Assembly: GCA_963764715.1 (NCBI GenBank)
Contig: CAVXTP010000021.1
Span: 96,001-160,000 of the forward strand
Length of the DNA: 64,000 nt
Direction: 5' to 3'
DNA from: an uncultured Acidobacteriota bacterium
Lineage (GTDB): Bacteria > Acidobacteriota > Thermoanaerobaculia > UBA5066 > Gp7-AA6
The notes beneath the pieces were generated by a model. That model had not been told where the DNA came from. It saw only the letters and a program-made list of their open reading frames with translations, and did no database searches. The position numbers and the translations under genes were made by a program. This document shows positions 37,399 to 46,697 of the stretch, in pieces; position 1 is the first letter of the stretch; every line of letters starts with the position of its first letter.

Positions 37399-37409
37399 GG
37401 GACGGGCCC

Positions 37410-38123
37410 ATGAAGCTCGTCGTCGCCAACTGGAAGATGCACAAGACGCGCGCGGAGGCCGCCGCCTATGCGCGGGAGCTCTCCGCGGCCGTCGGCGACG
37501 GAATCGCGGGACGGGAGCTCGTCCTTTCCCCGTCCTTCACGGCCCTCGCGGAGGCGCGCGACGAGCGCGGTCGCTGGTCGATCGCCTGCCAGAACGTGGC
37601 GGCCGAGGCCGAGGGCGCGTACACGGGCGAGGTCTCGGCGCGTCAGGCGCGCGAGGCCGGCTGCGCCTACGCCATCATCGGGCACTCCGAGCGGCGGCGT
37701 CTCTTCGGCGAAGACGGCGAAGTCCTCGCCCGCAAGCTCGCCCGCTGCCGCGAGGCCGGCCTGACCCCCATCTACTGCCTCGGGGAGACGCTCGAGGAGC
37801 GCGACCGCGGCGAGACGGAGGCGGTCCTCGAGCGCCAGGTCCGGACGCTCTCCGAGCACCCCCCGGCCCGGCCGCTCGTCGTGGCCTACGAACCCGTCTG
37901 GGCGATCGGCACGGGCCGCGCCGCCGAGCCCCCGGATTGCCGTTCGGCCTGTCTCGAGCTGCGGCGCCTGCTCGCCGGCCGGAGCGCCCTGCGGGTGCTC
38001 TACGGAGGCTCCGTGACTCCCGAAAACGCCGGCGCCCTCGCGGCCGAGCCTTCCGTCGACGGCTTCCTCGTCGGGGGGGCGAGCCTGTCCGCGGCCGCGT
38101 TCGCGGCGATCGCGCGCGCTTGA
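37410..38123 (+). CDS. tpiA: Triosephosphate isomerase
   Basis: ANWKMH, GAYTGEVS, GHSERR, AYEPVWAIGTG, LYGGSV. Confidence 0.97.
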   Translation: MKLVVANWKMHKTRAEAAAYARELSAAVGDGIAGRELVLSPSFTALAEARDERGRWSIACQNVAAEAEGAYTGEVSARQAREAGCAYAIIGHSERRRLFGEDGEVLARKLARCREAGLTPIYCLGETLEERDRGETEAVLERQVRTLSEHPPARPLVVAYEPVWAIGTGRAAEPPDCRSACLELRRLLAGRSALRVLYGGSVTPENAGALAAEPSVDGFLVGGASLSAAAFAAIARA

Positions 38124-38172
38124 CGCCCCCCCTTCCGCCACGTAAACTTCCCGCCCTTTTCGTGGAGGCCCC

Positions 38173-38553
38173 TTGCTGTACGCCGCCCTGGTCGTCATCT
38201 ACGTCGTCATCTGCTTCTTTCTGATCCTCGTCGTCCTGCTGCAGCAGGGCAAGGGCGCGGACATCGCCGGCGCTTTCGGCGGCGGCGGCAGCCAGACGGC
38301 TTTCGGCGCCCGGGGCGCGACCACGTTCCTGCACAAGCTGACGACCGGAGCCTTCGTGGGCTTCGTCCTGCTTTCGGTGCTGCTCTCGATCATGGAAGCG
38401 AGGCCGCGCAAGTCGGTCATTCAGACCCTTCCGGCGGCGGCGGCCCCCAAGGCGCCCGCCCCGGCGCCCGCGGCTCCGGCCGGCGCTCCCGACTCGGCCG
38501 CGCCGAAGCCCGCGGGTGATCAGCCCGCGACGCAGAGCCCCGCGAAGCCGTAA
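38173..38553 (+). CDS. secG: Preprotein translocase subunit SecG
   Basis: [29 protein letters not shown]; follows tpiA. Confidence 0.95.
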   Translation: MLYAALVVIYVVICFFLILVVLLQQGKGADIAGAFGGGGSQTAFGARGATTFLHKLTTGAFVGFVLLSVLLSIMEARPRKSVIQTLPAAAAPKAPAPAPAAPAGAPDSAAPKPAGDQPATQSPAKP

Positions 38554-38567
38554 AATCGTCCCCCCGT

Positions 38568-38652
<85 letters not shown>

Positions 38653-38663
38653 TCTTTTAGAAC

Positions 38664-38722
38664 CAGTAAGCAAGCAGTAAGCCGGGCGGATGCCCTCGCG
38701 ACGCTTACTGCTTACCGCTTAC
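38664..38722. repeat. Inverted heptamer repeat hairpin
   Basis: CAGTAAG CAAG CAGTAAG ... GCTTACT GCTTACC GCTTAC. Confidence 0.85.
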
Positions 38723-39082
38723 GGACCATGAAGGCACCGGATCTTCTCCACCGACCGCCCACGGATGGCATCGCAGAATCCTCCCCGCGGTCATCAGAAA
38801 CCCCCGAGGACTCCCGTAGCGCAGGATGGCCTCGCGCGCGTACGCGGAGCAGGTCGGCGTGAACCGGCAGCGCGCGAGGCCGCTCGCGGCGAGAGTCGGC
38901 GAGACGGCGCTTCGGTAGACGTCGATCGCCGCAACCGCGGCCCGGACGCTCCACTGCAGCGCGGGCGGCCGAAGCGCGTCCCCGACGGCGAGGCCGAGGC
39001 AGGCCGCGAGGATCGGCGCCGCGAGCGAGGCGCGCGGGCCGGGGCCGGCCCCGGCGACCTCAGCGGCCGGCGCGGCTGGCAT
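38705..39082 (-). CDS. yidD: Membrane protein insertion efficiency factor YidD-like
   Basis: YRSAVSP, CRFTPTCSAY, RILRCHPW, GGEDPVP. Confidence 0.88.
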   Translation of the reverse strand: MPAAPAAEVAGAGPGPRASLAAPILAACLGLAVGDALRPPALQWSVRAAVAAIDVYRSAVSPTLAASGLARCRFTPTCSAYAREAILRYGSPRGFLMTAGRILRCHPWAVGGEDPVPSWSVSGKQ

Positions 39083-39404
39083 AGGCGGAGATCCCGGGGA
39101 TGACCAGGCGCGCTCCGCCGAGCGCCTTGACCGTCGCGAGGACGGCGATCATCACGTAGAAGAGCGAAAAGATCGACATCGTCACGACGTAGAGGCAGGA
39201 CAGCGACGGCACCGCGATGCCGACGAGTGTCGCGACGACACCCACGAGCGCGAGGGCTCCGAAGAGCGCGAGTCCGTTGCGGGCGTGCCAGCGGACTTCC
39301 GGGTCGCGCTTTGCGACGAGCAGCGGCAGGAGGCCGAGGAACGCCGCGTAGCAGAGCGCGAGAAGAAAGGGTCGGCGGGGGGAGGAGGGGCCCTCGGCGC
39401 TCAT
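39060..39404 (-). CDS. Small membrane protein (DUF4870-like)
   Basis: ALCY...DPEVRWHARNGL, three TMs, IPGI. Confidence 0.7.
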   Translation of the reverse strand: MSAEGPSSPRRPFLLALCYAAFLGLLPLLVAKRDPEVRWHARNGLALFGALALVGVVATLVGIAVPSLSCLYVVTMSIFSLFYVMIAVLATVKALGGARLVIPGISAYASRAGR

Positions 39405-39438
39405 CCGGGGCCGAGGATACAGCGGATGGGGCCGGACG

Positions 39439-40197
39439 TTACTGGGTGCGGAGGCGGATCGTGCCGTTGACGGTTTCGCAGTGGAGCACTTCGCCGCCGC
39501 CGTTCAGCTTGCCCCGGGCCTCCTTGGGGCCGAACTTGCCCTCGACCGGCAGATCGAAGTCGCCCTCGATGTGGCCGTTGACCGTCTCGAGGTCGTAGCT
39601 GACCGGCGAGGTCTTCGCGAAGGCCACGTCGATCGAGCCGTTGACCGTCTCGATGCGGCTCTTCTTGAGCGGGCCGTTGAAAGCCACGCGCACGGAACCG
39701 TTGACCGTCGAGGCGCTCGTCGGCCCTTCGAGCCCGGCGAGCTCGATTGACCCGTTGACGGCGTCGCCCGAGAGCGTTCCGAGAAATCCGGAGGCGACGA
39801 CCTTGCCGTTGCAGGTCTCGAACCGCACCCCGGCCTTGGCCGGGATCTGCAGGACGTAGTCGACGTGGGCGTTCGATCCGCCGAAGTCGAGGAAGCCGAA
39901 GACGCGGCGGCGCTTGGGGTTGACGGTCTCGACGCGGATCTCGTCGCCGACCTTCTGCACCCGGATCTCGGTCAGGCGCAGCGTCTCCTCCGCGCGCGAT
40001 CCCTCGGCCCGCTTGACCGCGCGGAGCTTGAAGTACGGTTTGTCCCACGCCGTCGCCTCGATGTGGCCGTTGACGTTCTCGACGGAGACCCGGGTGACGC
40101 CTTCCATCGAGTAGGCCTTTTCGAAGACCTCTTCCTGGCCCGCGAGGGCGGGAAGCGCGGCGGCGAGGAAGGCGGCGGCGAGAATGGCTTTACGCAT
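39439..40197 (-). CDS. DUF4097-like beta-strand repeat (adhesin-like) secreted protein
   Basis: Signal peptide; repeated (E)TVNGSI/HI units. Confidence 0.85.
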   Translation of the reverse strand: MRKAILAAAFLAAALPALAGQEEVFEKAYSMEGVTRVSVENVNGHIEATAWDKPYFKLRAVKRAEGSRAEETLRLTEIRVQKVGDEIRVETVNPKRRRVFGFLDFGGSNAHVDYVLQIPAKAGVRFETCNGKVVASGFLGTLSGDAVNGSIELAGLEGPTSASTVNGSVRVAFNGPLKKSRIETVNGSIDVAFAKTSPVSYDLETVNGHIEGDFDLPVEGKFGPKEARGKLNGGGEVLHCETVNGTIRLRTQ

Positions 40198-40216
40198 GGC
40201 TCATCTGGATCTTAAC

Positions 40217-40242
40217 TAACGGAAACCGGGACAAAAGGTTCA
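40217..40242 (-). promoter_or_regulatory. Candidate ECF-sigma promoter (TGAAC-N16-CGTTA)
   Basis: Minus strand TGAAC cttttgtcccggtttc CGTTA upstream of the DUF4097-like gene. Confidence 0.55.
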
Positions 40243-40279
40243 TCGTCAGGGCCGGGACGGCAAGCCGCCCCTGCATCTC

Positions 40280-40672
40280 TCATTCTGACCGCAGGATACG
40301 GATTCCCGTATGCCGGTCGGAGCGGCGCGGCGCCGATCCGTCGGAAAGGACCGGCCAGGCGTCATAGAGGTTCCAGAAGGGCAAAAGCAGGGGGAGGTTC
40401 CTCCGGATCGAGCCCCGGACTCCCGGCGGACTCCCGTCGGGGCGGCGGGCCTCGAGTGCCAGCCACCGCCGGGCCCGCCCTCCGCGGCGGTCGCGGAGCA
40501 GGAAGGCGCCCGTCGCACCGGCGGCGCAGGCGGCCCAGATCCAGGGGATCGCCGGCCCGGCCGCCGGAAAGTAGGCCCAGACGACGCCGGTCAGCACGAG
40601 GCCGACCGCATCCGCGACGGCCGCCGCGACGAGAACGTCGAGAAAGAGAGCGAGCAGGCGGGTACGGCGCAT
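40280..40672 (-). CDS. RDD-like membrane protein
   Basis: RLLALFLD, LLRD, SIRRNLPL, RRSDRHTG. Confidence 0.7.
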   Translation of the reverse strand: MRRTRLLALFLDVLVAAAVADAVGLVLTGVVWAYFPAAGPAIPWIWAACAAGATGAFLLRDRRGGRARRWLALEARRPDGSPPGVRGSIRRNLPLLLPFWNLYDAWPVLSDGSAPRRSDRHTGIRILRSE

Positions 40673-40716
40673 ATAGAGTGGGGTGCGGCGGGATTGTGAA
40701 GGGCGGCCACCCGATT

Positions 40717-41739
40717 GTGAAGCCCGAAAGCGCCGAAACCCGGACGTCGCGGCCCCGCGGCGGGGCCCTCGCGGATTGCCACTTGCATTTCGAGGGGTGC
40801 CTTCCGCCCGCCGAGATCGTCCGCCTCGCGGGCGCGGCCGGGCACGCCTTCGCCGACGCCGGGGCCTTCGACGCCGCCCGTCTCGGCGTTCGCGACTCGG
40901 GAGGCTTCCTCGCGCTCTTCGCCGAGGTCTGCCGGCTTTTCCGCCGTCCCGAGGACTACGTGGCGGCGTCGCTCGCCGTGGCCGCGTCGCTCGCGTCGGA
41001 CGGCCTGCGCTACGCCGAGGTCTACGTCTCTCCCGAGATCTTCCCGAAGATCGGCCTCGATCCGGCGGCGTGCCTCGAGGCGATCGACGTCGGATTTCGC
41101 GAGGCCCTCGAGACGCACGGGATCCTCTGCCGCATCCTTCTCGACGGCGTGCGGCACTGGGGGCCCGAGTCGGTCGATCGCGTGCTCGACCTGTACGAGC
41201 GCATGCCGCTGCCCTCGATCGTCGGCTTCGGGATCGGCGGCGACGAGGCCGCGTTCCCGGCGGCGGCCTTCGGCGGGATCTACCTGCGCGCCCGCGCGCT
41301 GGGGCTGCGAACGTCGGTGCACGCCGGCGAGTGGACCGGTCCGGAGGCGGTCCGCGAGGTCCTCGACACGCTTCGGCCGGACCGCATCGACCACGGCATC
41401 GCCGCCGCGGAGGACCCGCACCTTCTCGCCCGGCTCAAGGAGGAGGACACGATCCTCTGCGTCGCCCCGACGAGCAACCTGCGGACCGGCGCGGTCGCGA
41501 GCGCGGCGGCCCATCCGCTGCGGGCGCTCCTCCGGGCCGGCGTCCGCGTGACGCTGTCGGCCGACGACCCCTCGCTCTTCGGGACGACGACCTCGGGCGA
41601 GTACCGCTTCGCGCGCGAGCAGCTCGGGCTCGACGAAGCCGAGATCCGCACCCTCGCGGGCAATGCTTTCCACGCCGCCTTCTGCTCGCGCGAGGAGCGG
41701 GAGGCGGGACTCCAGGCCCTCGCCGGCGCGCGGGTGTAG
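40717..41739 (+). CDS. Adenosine/adenine deaminase family protein
   Basis: HLHFEG, HAGE, RIDHG, PTSN, SADDP; start uncertain. Confidence 0.88.
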   Translation: MKPESAETRTSRPRGGALADCHLHFEGCLPPAEIVRLAGAAGHAFADAGAFDAARLGVRDSGGFLALFAEVCRLFRRPEDYVAASLAVAASLASDGLRYAEVYVSPEIFPKIGLDPAACLEAIDVGFREALETHGILCRILLDGVRHWGPESVDRVLDLYERMPLPSIVGFGIGGDEAAFPAAAFGGIYLRARALGLRTSVHAGEWTGPEAVREVLDTLRPDRIDHGIAAAEDPHLLARLKEEDTILCVAPTSNLRTGAVASAAAHPLRALLRAGVRVTLSADDPSLFGTTTSGEYRFAREQLGLDEAEIRTLAGNAFHAAFCSREEREAGLQALAGARV

Positions 41740-41768
41740 CAGGCCCGGTTCGCGTCGGTTGCGAGAGA

Positions 41769-41927
41769 GGGCGGCCACAAGGGCCGCCCCTACGACCGAG
41801 GCGCTCAATTTCCATGGTGCGGAAACGCAATCACGTCCGGGTCGTAGGGGCGGGGGTTATCGCTGGCCTTCGGCCAGCGTTGCCTGTCGCCGGTGGCTTG
41901 CCTCCGGTGGACGGCTCGTCCCCGCCC
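41769..41927. repeat. REP doublet: GTAG-type REP plus oppositely oriented REP with inserted hairpins
   Basis: GGGCGGCCACAAGGGCCGCCCCTAC at 41769-41793; GTAGGGGCGGGG...CCCCGCCC at 41844-41927 enclosing CGCTGGCC-TTC-GGCCAGCG. Confidence 0.7.
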
Positions 41928-42524
41928 TCACAGCCGCCGTACGGCGATCCGCGCTTCGGTGAGCGCGCCGACGATCCCTTCGGCGAGCGACCGGCGCACC
42001 TCGAGCTCGAGGACCGGCTCGGGATCGAAGCGCTCCGCGACGAGCCGCACCTCGGGAGGGCGCAGGAGACGGCGCACGGCGCCCGCGGCGGCGTGCGTGG
42101 GACGGGCCTCGAGGCGGACCGTTTCGTACACGGTGCGCGAGCCGCACGCGGCGAGGGCCAGGGAGGCCGCTTCGCGGTAGCACCGCGCGAGGCCGCCGGT
42201 GCCGAGCTTCGTGCCGCCGTAGTAGCGCACGACGGCCGCCACGACGTCCGAGAGCCCCGCCGACTCGATCGCCCCGGCGATCGGCCGGCCCGCCGTTCCC
42301 CCGGGCTCGCCCGCGTCGGACGCGCGGACGGCGCTCCCGATCTTCCAGGCGAACGCGACGTGCGTCGCGTCGTGGTGCTCGCGGCGGATCTTCGCCAGGA
42401 TCTCCTCGGCCTCATCGGAAGAGGCCGCGTGCGCCGCGATCCCGAAGAACCGGGAGGCCTTCTCCCGGACCTCGCCGCGCCCTTCGCGGGCCGGGACGAG
42501 CCGGGCGTCGGCGCCGTCGGTCAC
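41928..42524 (-). CDS. YigZ/IMPACT family protein
   Basis: C-terminal part of ORF 41928..43232; EKASRF, HHDATHVAFAW, SDAGEPGGTAGRPI, VVRYYGGTKLGTGGLARCY. Confidence 0.92.
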   Translation of the reverse strand: MTDGADARLVPAREGRGEVREKASRFFGIAAHAASSDEAEEILAKIRREHHDATHVAFAWKIGSAVRASDAGEPGGTAGRPIAGAIESAGLSDVVAAVVRYYGGTKLGTGGLARCYREAASLALAACGSRTVYETVRLEARPTHAAAGAVRRLLRPPEVRLVAERFDPEPVLELEVRRSLAEGIVGALTEARIAVRRL

Positions 42525-43648
42525 GCCCCGAGCGTCTTCTCGTAGAGGGCGCGGTATCGGGAGACCAGCGCGTCGGTCGGGAAGTCGACCTCGGCGCGCC
42601 GGCGCGCGGCCCGCGAAAACTTCGACCAGAGGTCCGTGTCGGAGAGAAGGCTCATCGCGGCCTTCGCCATGCCCTCGACGTCGCCGACCGGCCGGAGGTA
42701 GCCGCTGACCCCGTCCTCGACGACCTCCGGCAGTCCGCCCTTCGCCGTGCCGATGACCGGGACGCCGCAGGACATGGCCTCGAGCGCGGCCAGCCCGAAC
42801 GACTCGGCGTCCGAGGGCAGGAGCAGCAGGCGGGCGGCCGGGAGAATCGTCTCGATCGCGGCCACGTTGCCGAGGAACGTGGTCTTCGCGGCGAAGCCCC
42901 CGTCCCGCGCCAGCCGCTCGGCGAGCGAGCGCTCGGGACCGTCCCCGATGAGAAGCAGCCGCGCCGGCATCGCCTTCTGAACGCGCTCGAAAACCCCGAG
43001 GACGTCGCACACGCGCTTGACCGGCCGGAAGTTCGAGACGTGGACGAGCAGGGCCTCGCCCTCGCCGGCGAGCGACCGGGCGAAGGGCGAGGCGCCGCCG
43101 GGGTGGTACTGCTTCGTGTCGACGAAGTTGGGCAGGACCTCGATCGGGCGCTTGACCCCGAACTCCCGGATCGTGACGTCCTTGAGGTACTGCGACACCG
43201 CCGTGACGGCGTCGCTCTGGTCGATCGACCACCGCGTGATCGGGAGGTACGAGCGGTCCTGGCCGACGATCGTGACGTCGGTGCCGTGGAGGGTGGTGAC
43301 GACCTTGAGCCGCACCCCGTTGCCGTTGCCCATCTCGCGGGCGAGGATCGCGGAGATCGCGTGCGGCAGCGCGTAGTGGACGTGGAGCAGGTCGAGGTGC
43401 TCCTGGCCCGCGACCTCGGCCATCTTCGTCGCGAGCGCCAGCGTGTAGGGAGGCGAGACGAACAGAGGGTAGGACGGCGCGACGACCTCGTGGAAGTGGA
43501 CGCGCGCCCGCGGGAGGTCGAGCCGCGAGGGCAGCGCGTACGAGATGAAGTGGACCTCGTCGCCCCGATCGGCGAGCGCGATGCCGAGCTCGGTCGCGAC
43601 GACGCCGCTCCCGCCGAAGGTCGGATAACAGGTGATTCCGATTTTCAT
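42521..43648 (-). CDS. bshA: N-acetyl-alpha-D-glucosaminyl L-malate synthase
   Basis: MKIGITCYPTFGGSGVVATELG, HVHYALPHA, TTLHGTD, SNFRPVKR, ESFGLAALEAM. Confidence 0.95.
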   Translation of the reverse strand: MKIGITCYPTFGGSGVVATELGIALADRGDEVHFISYALPSRLDLPRARVHFHEVVAPSYPLFVSPPYTLALATKMAEVAGQEHLDLLHVHYALPHAISAILAREMGNGNGVRLKVVTTLHGTDVTIVGQDRSYLPITRWSIDQSDAVTAVSQYLKDVTIREFGVKRPIEVLPNFVDTKQYHPGGASPFARSLAGEGEALLVHVSNFRPVKRVCDVLGVFERVQKAMPARLLLIGDGPERSLAERLARDGGFAAKTTFLGNVAAIETILPAARLLLLPSDAESFGLAALEAMSCGVPVIGTAKGGLPEVVEDGVSGYLRPVGDVEGMAKAAMSLLSDTDLWSKFSRAARRRAEVDFPTDALVSRYRALYEKTLGA

Positions 43649-43653
43649 GGGGG

Positions 43654-44376
43654 TCAGAAGCCCGGCTCGGAGCCCTCGAAGGCCTGGACGAGGTCGGGGA
43701 TGCGGGGAGGACATCGGGCGAGGAAGCCCTCCGCGAACTCGACGTTGATCATCATGCCGAACTCGCGGGCCCGCGCCTCGATGACTTCGAGGAACTGTTT
43801 CTGCGCCAGCATCGTCGGCGGCTCGGTCGAGCCCTCCTTGTGGAACTGGCTCTCGAAGGCGCGCATGGCGGCGCGCCGCGTGTCGATGACGTCCGACACG
43901 TCGACGAGGAACTCGGGCCGCCGCGAGTCGAAGGTCGAGAAGTAGATCGTCTGTTGCGGGCGGTGCGCGGGATGGTTGGTCTCGAGCTTGCGGGTGCCCG
44001 CGTAGTACGCCGCGTCGGTGACGAGCTGGCCGGCGCGCCGGTGGTCGGGGTGGCGGTCGTCCGGGTAGGGCGTCAGGACGATGCGCGGCCTCTCGCGGCG
44101 GATCACGTCGATGACCGCGAGCTCCTCGTCGCGCCCGCGGCGCAGTCCCCCGTCCCCGAGGTCGAGCGATTCGCGGAATTCGGCGCCGAGGATCTCGGCG
44201 GCGCGCGCCGCCTCCCGCAACCGGATCTCCGCCGAGCCGCGCGTGCCCATCTCGCCGCGCGTCAGGTCCACGATTCCGAACCGGTAGCCGCGCTGCTTGA
44301 GCTTGACGAGGGTCCCGCCGCAAGTCAGCTCGACGTCGTCCGGGTGGGCCGAGATCGCGAGAACGTCAACCGGCAT
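43654..44376 (-). CDS. bshB1: Bacillithiol biosynthesis deacetylase
   Basis: AHPDDVE, DLTRGEMGTRG, DRHPDH, AEGF; adjacent to bshA and bshC. Confidence 0.93.
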   Translation of the reverse strand: MPVDVLAISAHPDDVELTCGGTLVKLKQRGYRFGIVDLTRGEMGTRGSAEIRLREAARAAEILGAEFRESLDLGDGGLRRGRDEELAVIDVIRRERPRIVLTPYPDDRHPDHRRAGQLVTDAAYYAGTRKLETNHPAHRPQQTIYFSTFDSRRPEFLVDVSDVIDTRRAAMRAFESQFHKEGSTEPPTMLAQKQFLEVIEARAREFGMMINVEFAEGFLARCPPRIPDLVQAFEGSEPGF

Positions 44377-45919
44377 CGGGTGTCTCCTCCTCGAGTCCGA
44401 GGTCCACGACCGCGACCCCCGCGGCCGCCGTTCCCGCGACGCTCCGGAGGGCGGCGAGGACTTCTTCGCGGCCGAAGGCGAGCATGGCCGAGAGCGGCGG
44501 ATAGATCCGTTCGGCGGGCACCTGGCCGACCGACGGCAGCATGGCCCGCGCCAGGCGCTTGCGCCGGTTGGACTCGACGTCGCCCCGGCGCTCGGCGGCC
44601 TTGCGCGCCCGGTCGGCGAGCTGCTCGAACTGGTAGGCGATCTTCTTGGTCGCATTGTCGAGGGCCCCGGTGAGCGAGGCGTCGAGCCCCGAAAGCTCGG
44701 GGCCGAGCGCGGCGAGCTCCCGCTCGGTCGACGCGGCGAGGGCCGCGACGGCGTCGGCCTGCGGGACGGGCGCCGCCGGGGCGAGGGCGAAGGGCTGCAG
44801 GAGGTCTTCCTCGGGAATCACGAGCTGTTCGGCGAGCCGGCGCTCGGCGGGCCCTCGGACGACGACGTGGGTGCGGGGGAAGAGCACGGGCGGCCGGATT
44901 CCGAAGAGCGGAAAGATCGGGAGACTCTGGGCGTGGTAGGCGATCTCCGCCGCTCCGAGAACGCTCGCCGCCATGGGGAAGAGGTACGACTTCAGGGCCG
45001 GCCGGGTTATGACGTCGGCCGACGGAAAGCCCTCGCCGGCCTCGACCCGGGCGACCGCGGCCGGAACGTCGGCGACGCGCCGCCGCCCCTCCCCGTCGAT
45101 GAGGAAGAAGGAAAAGCCCTCCGGCACGGGCGCGGGAACCGGCTTTCCCGCGCGGCGGAGCGCTTCTTCCGTGGCTCGGAGGATCGCGGCGAGATCCTTG
45201 GACTTCGCCGCCGCCGCGAGGAAGAGCTCGGCGGTCGCGGGGCGGGCGGCCGGAACGAGCGGCTCGAGGACGAGGAGCGGATCGGGCTCGACCAGGTCGA
45301 GCAGCGTCTCGATGAACGCCTCTCCGTAGAGTGCGCCGGGGGCGCTCCGCCGCGCGAAGGCCTCGAGCACCCGGACGGCCGCCTCGTGGCGCGCCAGCGG
45401 ACGGAAGGCTTCGACGATGCCGCGGATCCCGTCGGGGATCGGCAGGCGGCCGACGGGCTGCCGGTTCTGGCGGTCCGCGCCCTCGAGCACGAGCTCCTCC
45501 GGTCCCTCGGGCCCGGGGCGCGCGGTGCGGGCGATCTCCTGGAGGTCGTGGTCGTCGGTCAACGCCCAGAAGACCGGCGCCGCCGGCACGCCGCGCTCCC
45601 GGAGCTCGCGGGCGATGCAGATCGCGTCGAGCGCCTTCATCAGCGTGAAGAGCGGTCCGGTGAAGATCCCGACCTGGTGGCCCGCCGCGACGGCGACGGC
45701 GCGCCCGGCCACGAGGTCCTCGGCCATCCGCGCCGCCTCGCCGCCGCGGTGGCGGAAGGCGGAGGCCGGCACGCGGGCGCGCGCACCGGACGCGAGCAGC
45801 TCCTTCCCGCGTTGCGCGGCGGCGTCGAGCGAGGGCGGATCGGGGAAGAACTCCGGGAGCCCTCGGAGAAAGTCGAAGAAGAGCGGCGACAGGCCCGGGT
45901 ACTTCTCGAAGGGAATCAT
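44366..45919 (-). CDS. bshC: Bacillithiol biosynthesis cysteine-adding enzyme
   Basis: GHQVGIFTGPLFTLMK, WALTDDHDLQEI, SADVITRP, GAAEIAYHAQ, C-terminal ER. Confidence 0.9.
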   Translation of the reverse strand: MIPFEKYPGLSPLFFDFLRGLPEFFPDPPSLDAAAQRGKELLASGARARVPASAFRHRGGEAARMAEDLVAGRAVAVAAGHQVGIFTGPLFTLMKALDAICIARELRERGVPAAPVFWALTDDHDLQEIARTARPGPEGPEELVLEGADRQNRQPVGRLPIPDGIRGIVEAFRPLARHEAAVRVLEAFARRSAPGALYGEAFIETLLDLVEPDPLLVLEPLVPAARPATAELFLAAAAKSKDLAAILRATEEALRRAGKPVPAPVPEGFSFFLIDGEGRRRVADVPAAVARVEAGEGFPSADVITRPALKSYLFPMAASVLGAAEIAYHAQSLPIFPLFGIRPPVLFPRTHVVVRGPAERRLAEQLVIPEEDLLQPFALAPAAPVPQADAVAALAASTERELAALGPELSGLDASLTGALDNATKKIAYQFEQLADRARKAAERRGDVESNRRKRLARAMLPSVGQVPAERIYPPLSAMLAFGREEVLAALRSVAGTAAAGVAVVDLGLEEETPDAG

Positions 45920-46650
45920 GCGGGCCTCCCGGGCTTTCGCGCGAGGACGATCAGGCGCGGCGATTCGGGCCCGACCGGCGATCCGTCGAAGCCTCCCCAC
46001 ATGTCCTCGATCGTCAGCCCCGCGTCGCAGAAGAGGCCGCCGAGCTCGTCGGGGCCGTACGCGCGCACGCTCTCGCGGAAGATCTCGGTCGAGCCCTCGC
46101 GGCGGACCTCGATCTCCTTCTCGATCCGCCGGGTCGTGGCGTTCCAGGTGCGCCGGATCGTGTACTGCTTCTCGCCGCAGCTCCGGCGTTCCTCCGGAAC
46201 GAGCCGGCCGAGGACGTAGTCGAGGGAGAAGGTGTCGCAGAGAAACGCTCCGCCGCGCCGGAGGACGCGCTCGATCTCCGAGACGACCGACAGGTTCTCG
46301 GCCTCGCGCAGGAAGTAGCCGAAGCTCGTGAAGAAGTTGACGACGGCCGCGAAGGCGCCGTCGGAGAAGGGGAGCGAGCGCATGTCGCCGCGCACCAGGA
46401 AGAGGTGGCGGTCGCGCCGCCGCGCGAGATCGAGGAGCGGCGCCGAGTAGTCGAGGCCGATCGGCGCCACGCCGGACTCGGCGAAGGGGACCGAGTGCCG
46501 GCCGGAACCGCAGCAGAGATCGAGCAGCGGGGCCGGGTCGGGGGGCAGGTGCGCCAGCGCGAAGGCCGCCTCGCGGCGGGCGGCGGCGAGGTCGCGGTGG
46601 GGGTACAGGTCGAGGTACTCCTCGCCGAACCACTTTTCCCACCACGTCAT
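45916..46650 (-). CDS. Class I SAM-dependent methyltransferase (candidate bacillithiol N-methyltransferase)
   Basis: WFGEEYLDLYPHRD, LLDLCCGSGRH, GDMRSLPF, NFFTSFGYF, ESVRAY; ATGA overlap with bshC. Confidence 0.88.
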   Translation of the reverse strand: MTWWEKWFGEEYLDLYPHRDLAAARREAAFALAHLPPDPAPLLDLCCGSGRHSVPFAESGVAPIGLDYSAPLLDLARRRDRHLFLVRGDMRSLPFSDGAFAAVVNFFTSFGYFLREAENLSVVSEIERVLRRGGAFLCDTFSLDYVLGRLVPEERRSCGEKQYTIRRTWNATTRRIEKEIEVRREGSTEIFRESVRAYGPDELGGLFCDAGLTIEDMWGGFDGSPVGPESPRLIVLARKPGRPA

Positions 46651-46697
46651 GGCGCGCGATTATGGCAGAGGGGTCGGAGGCGTTAGAGTTGCGCGCG

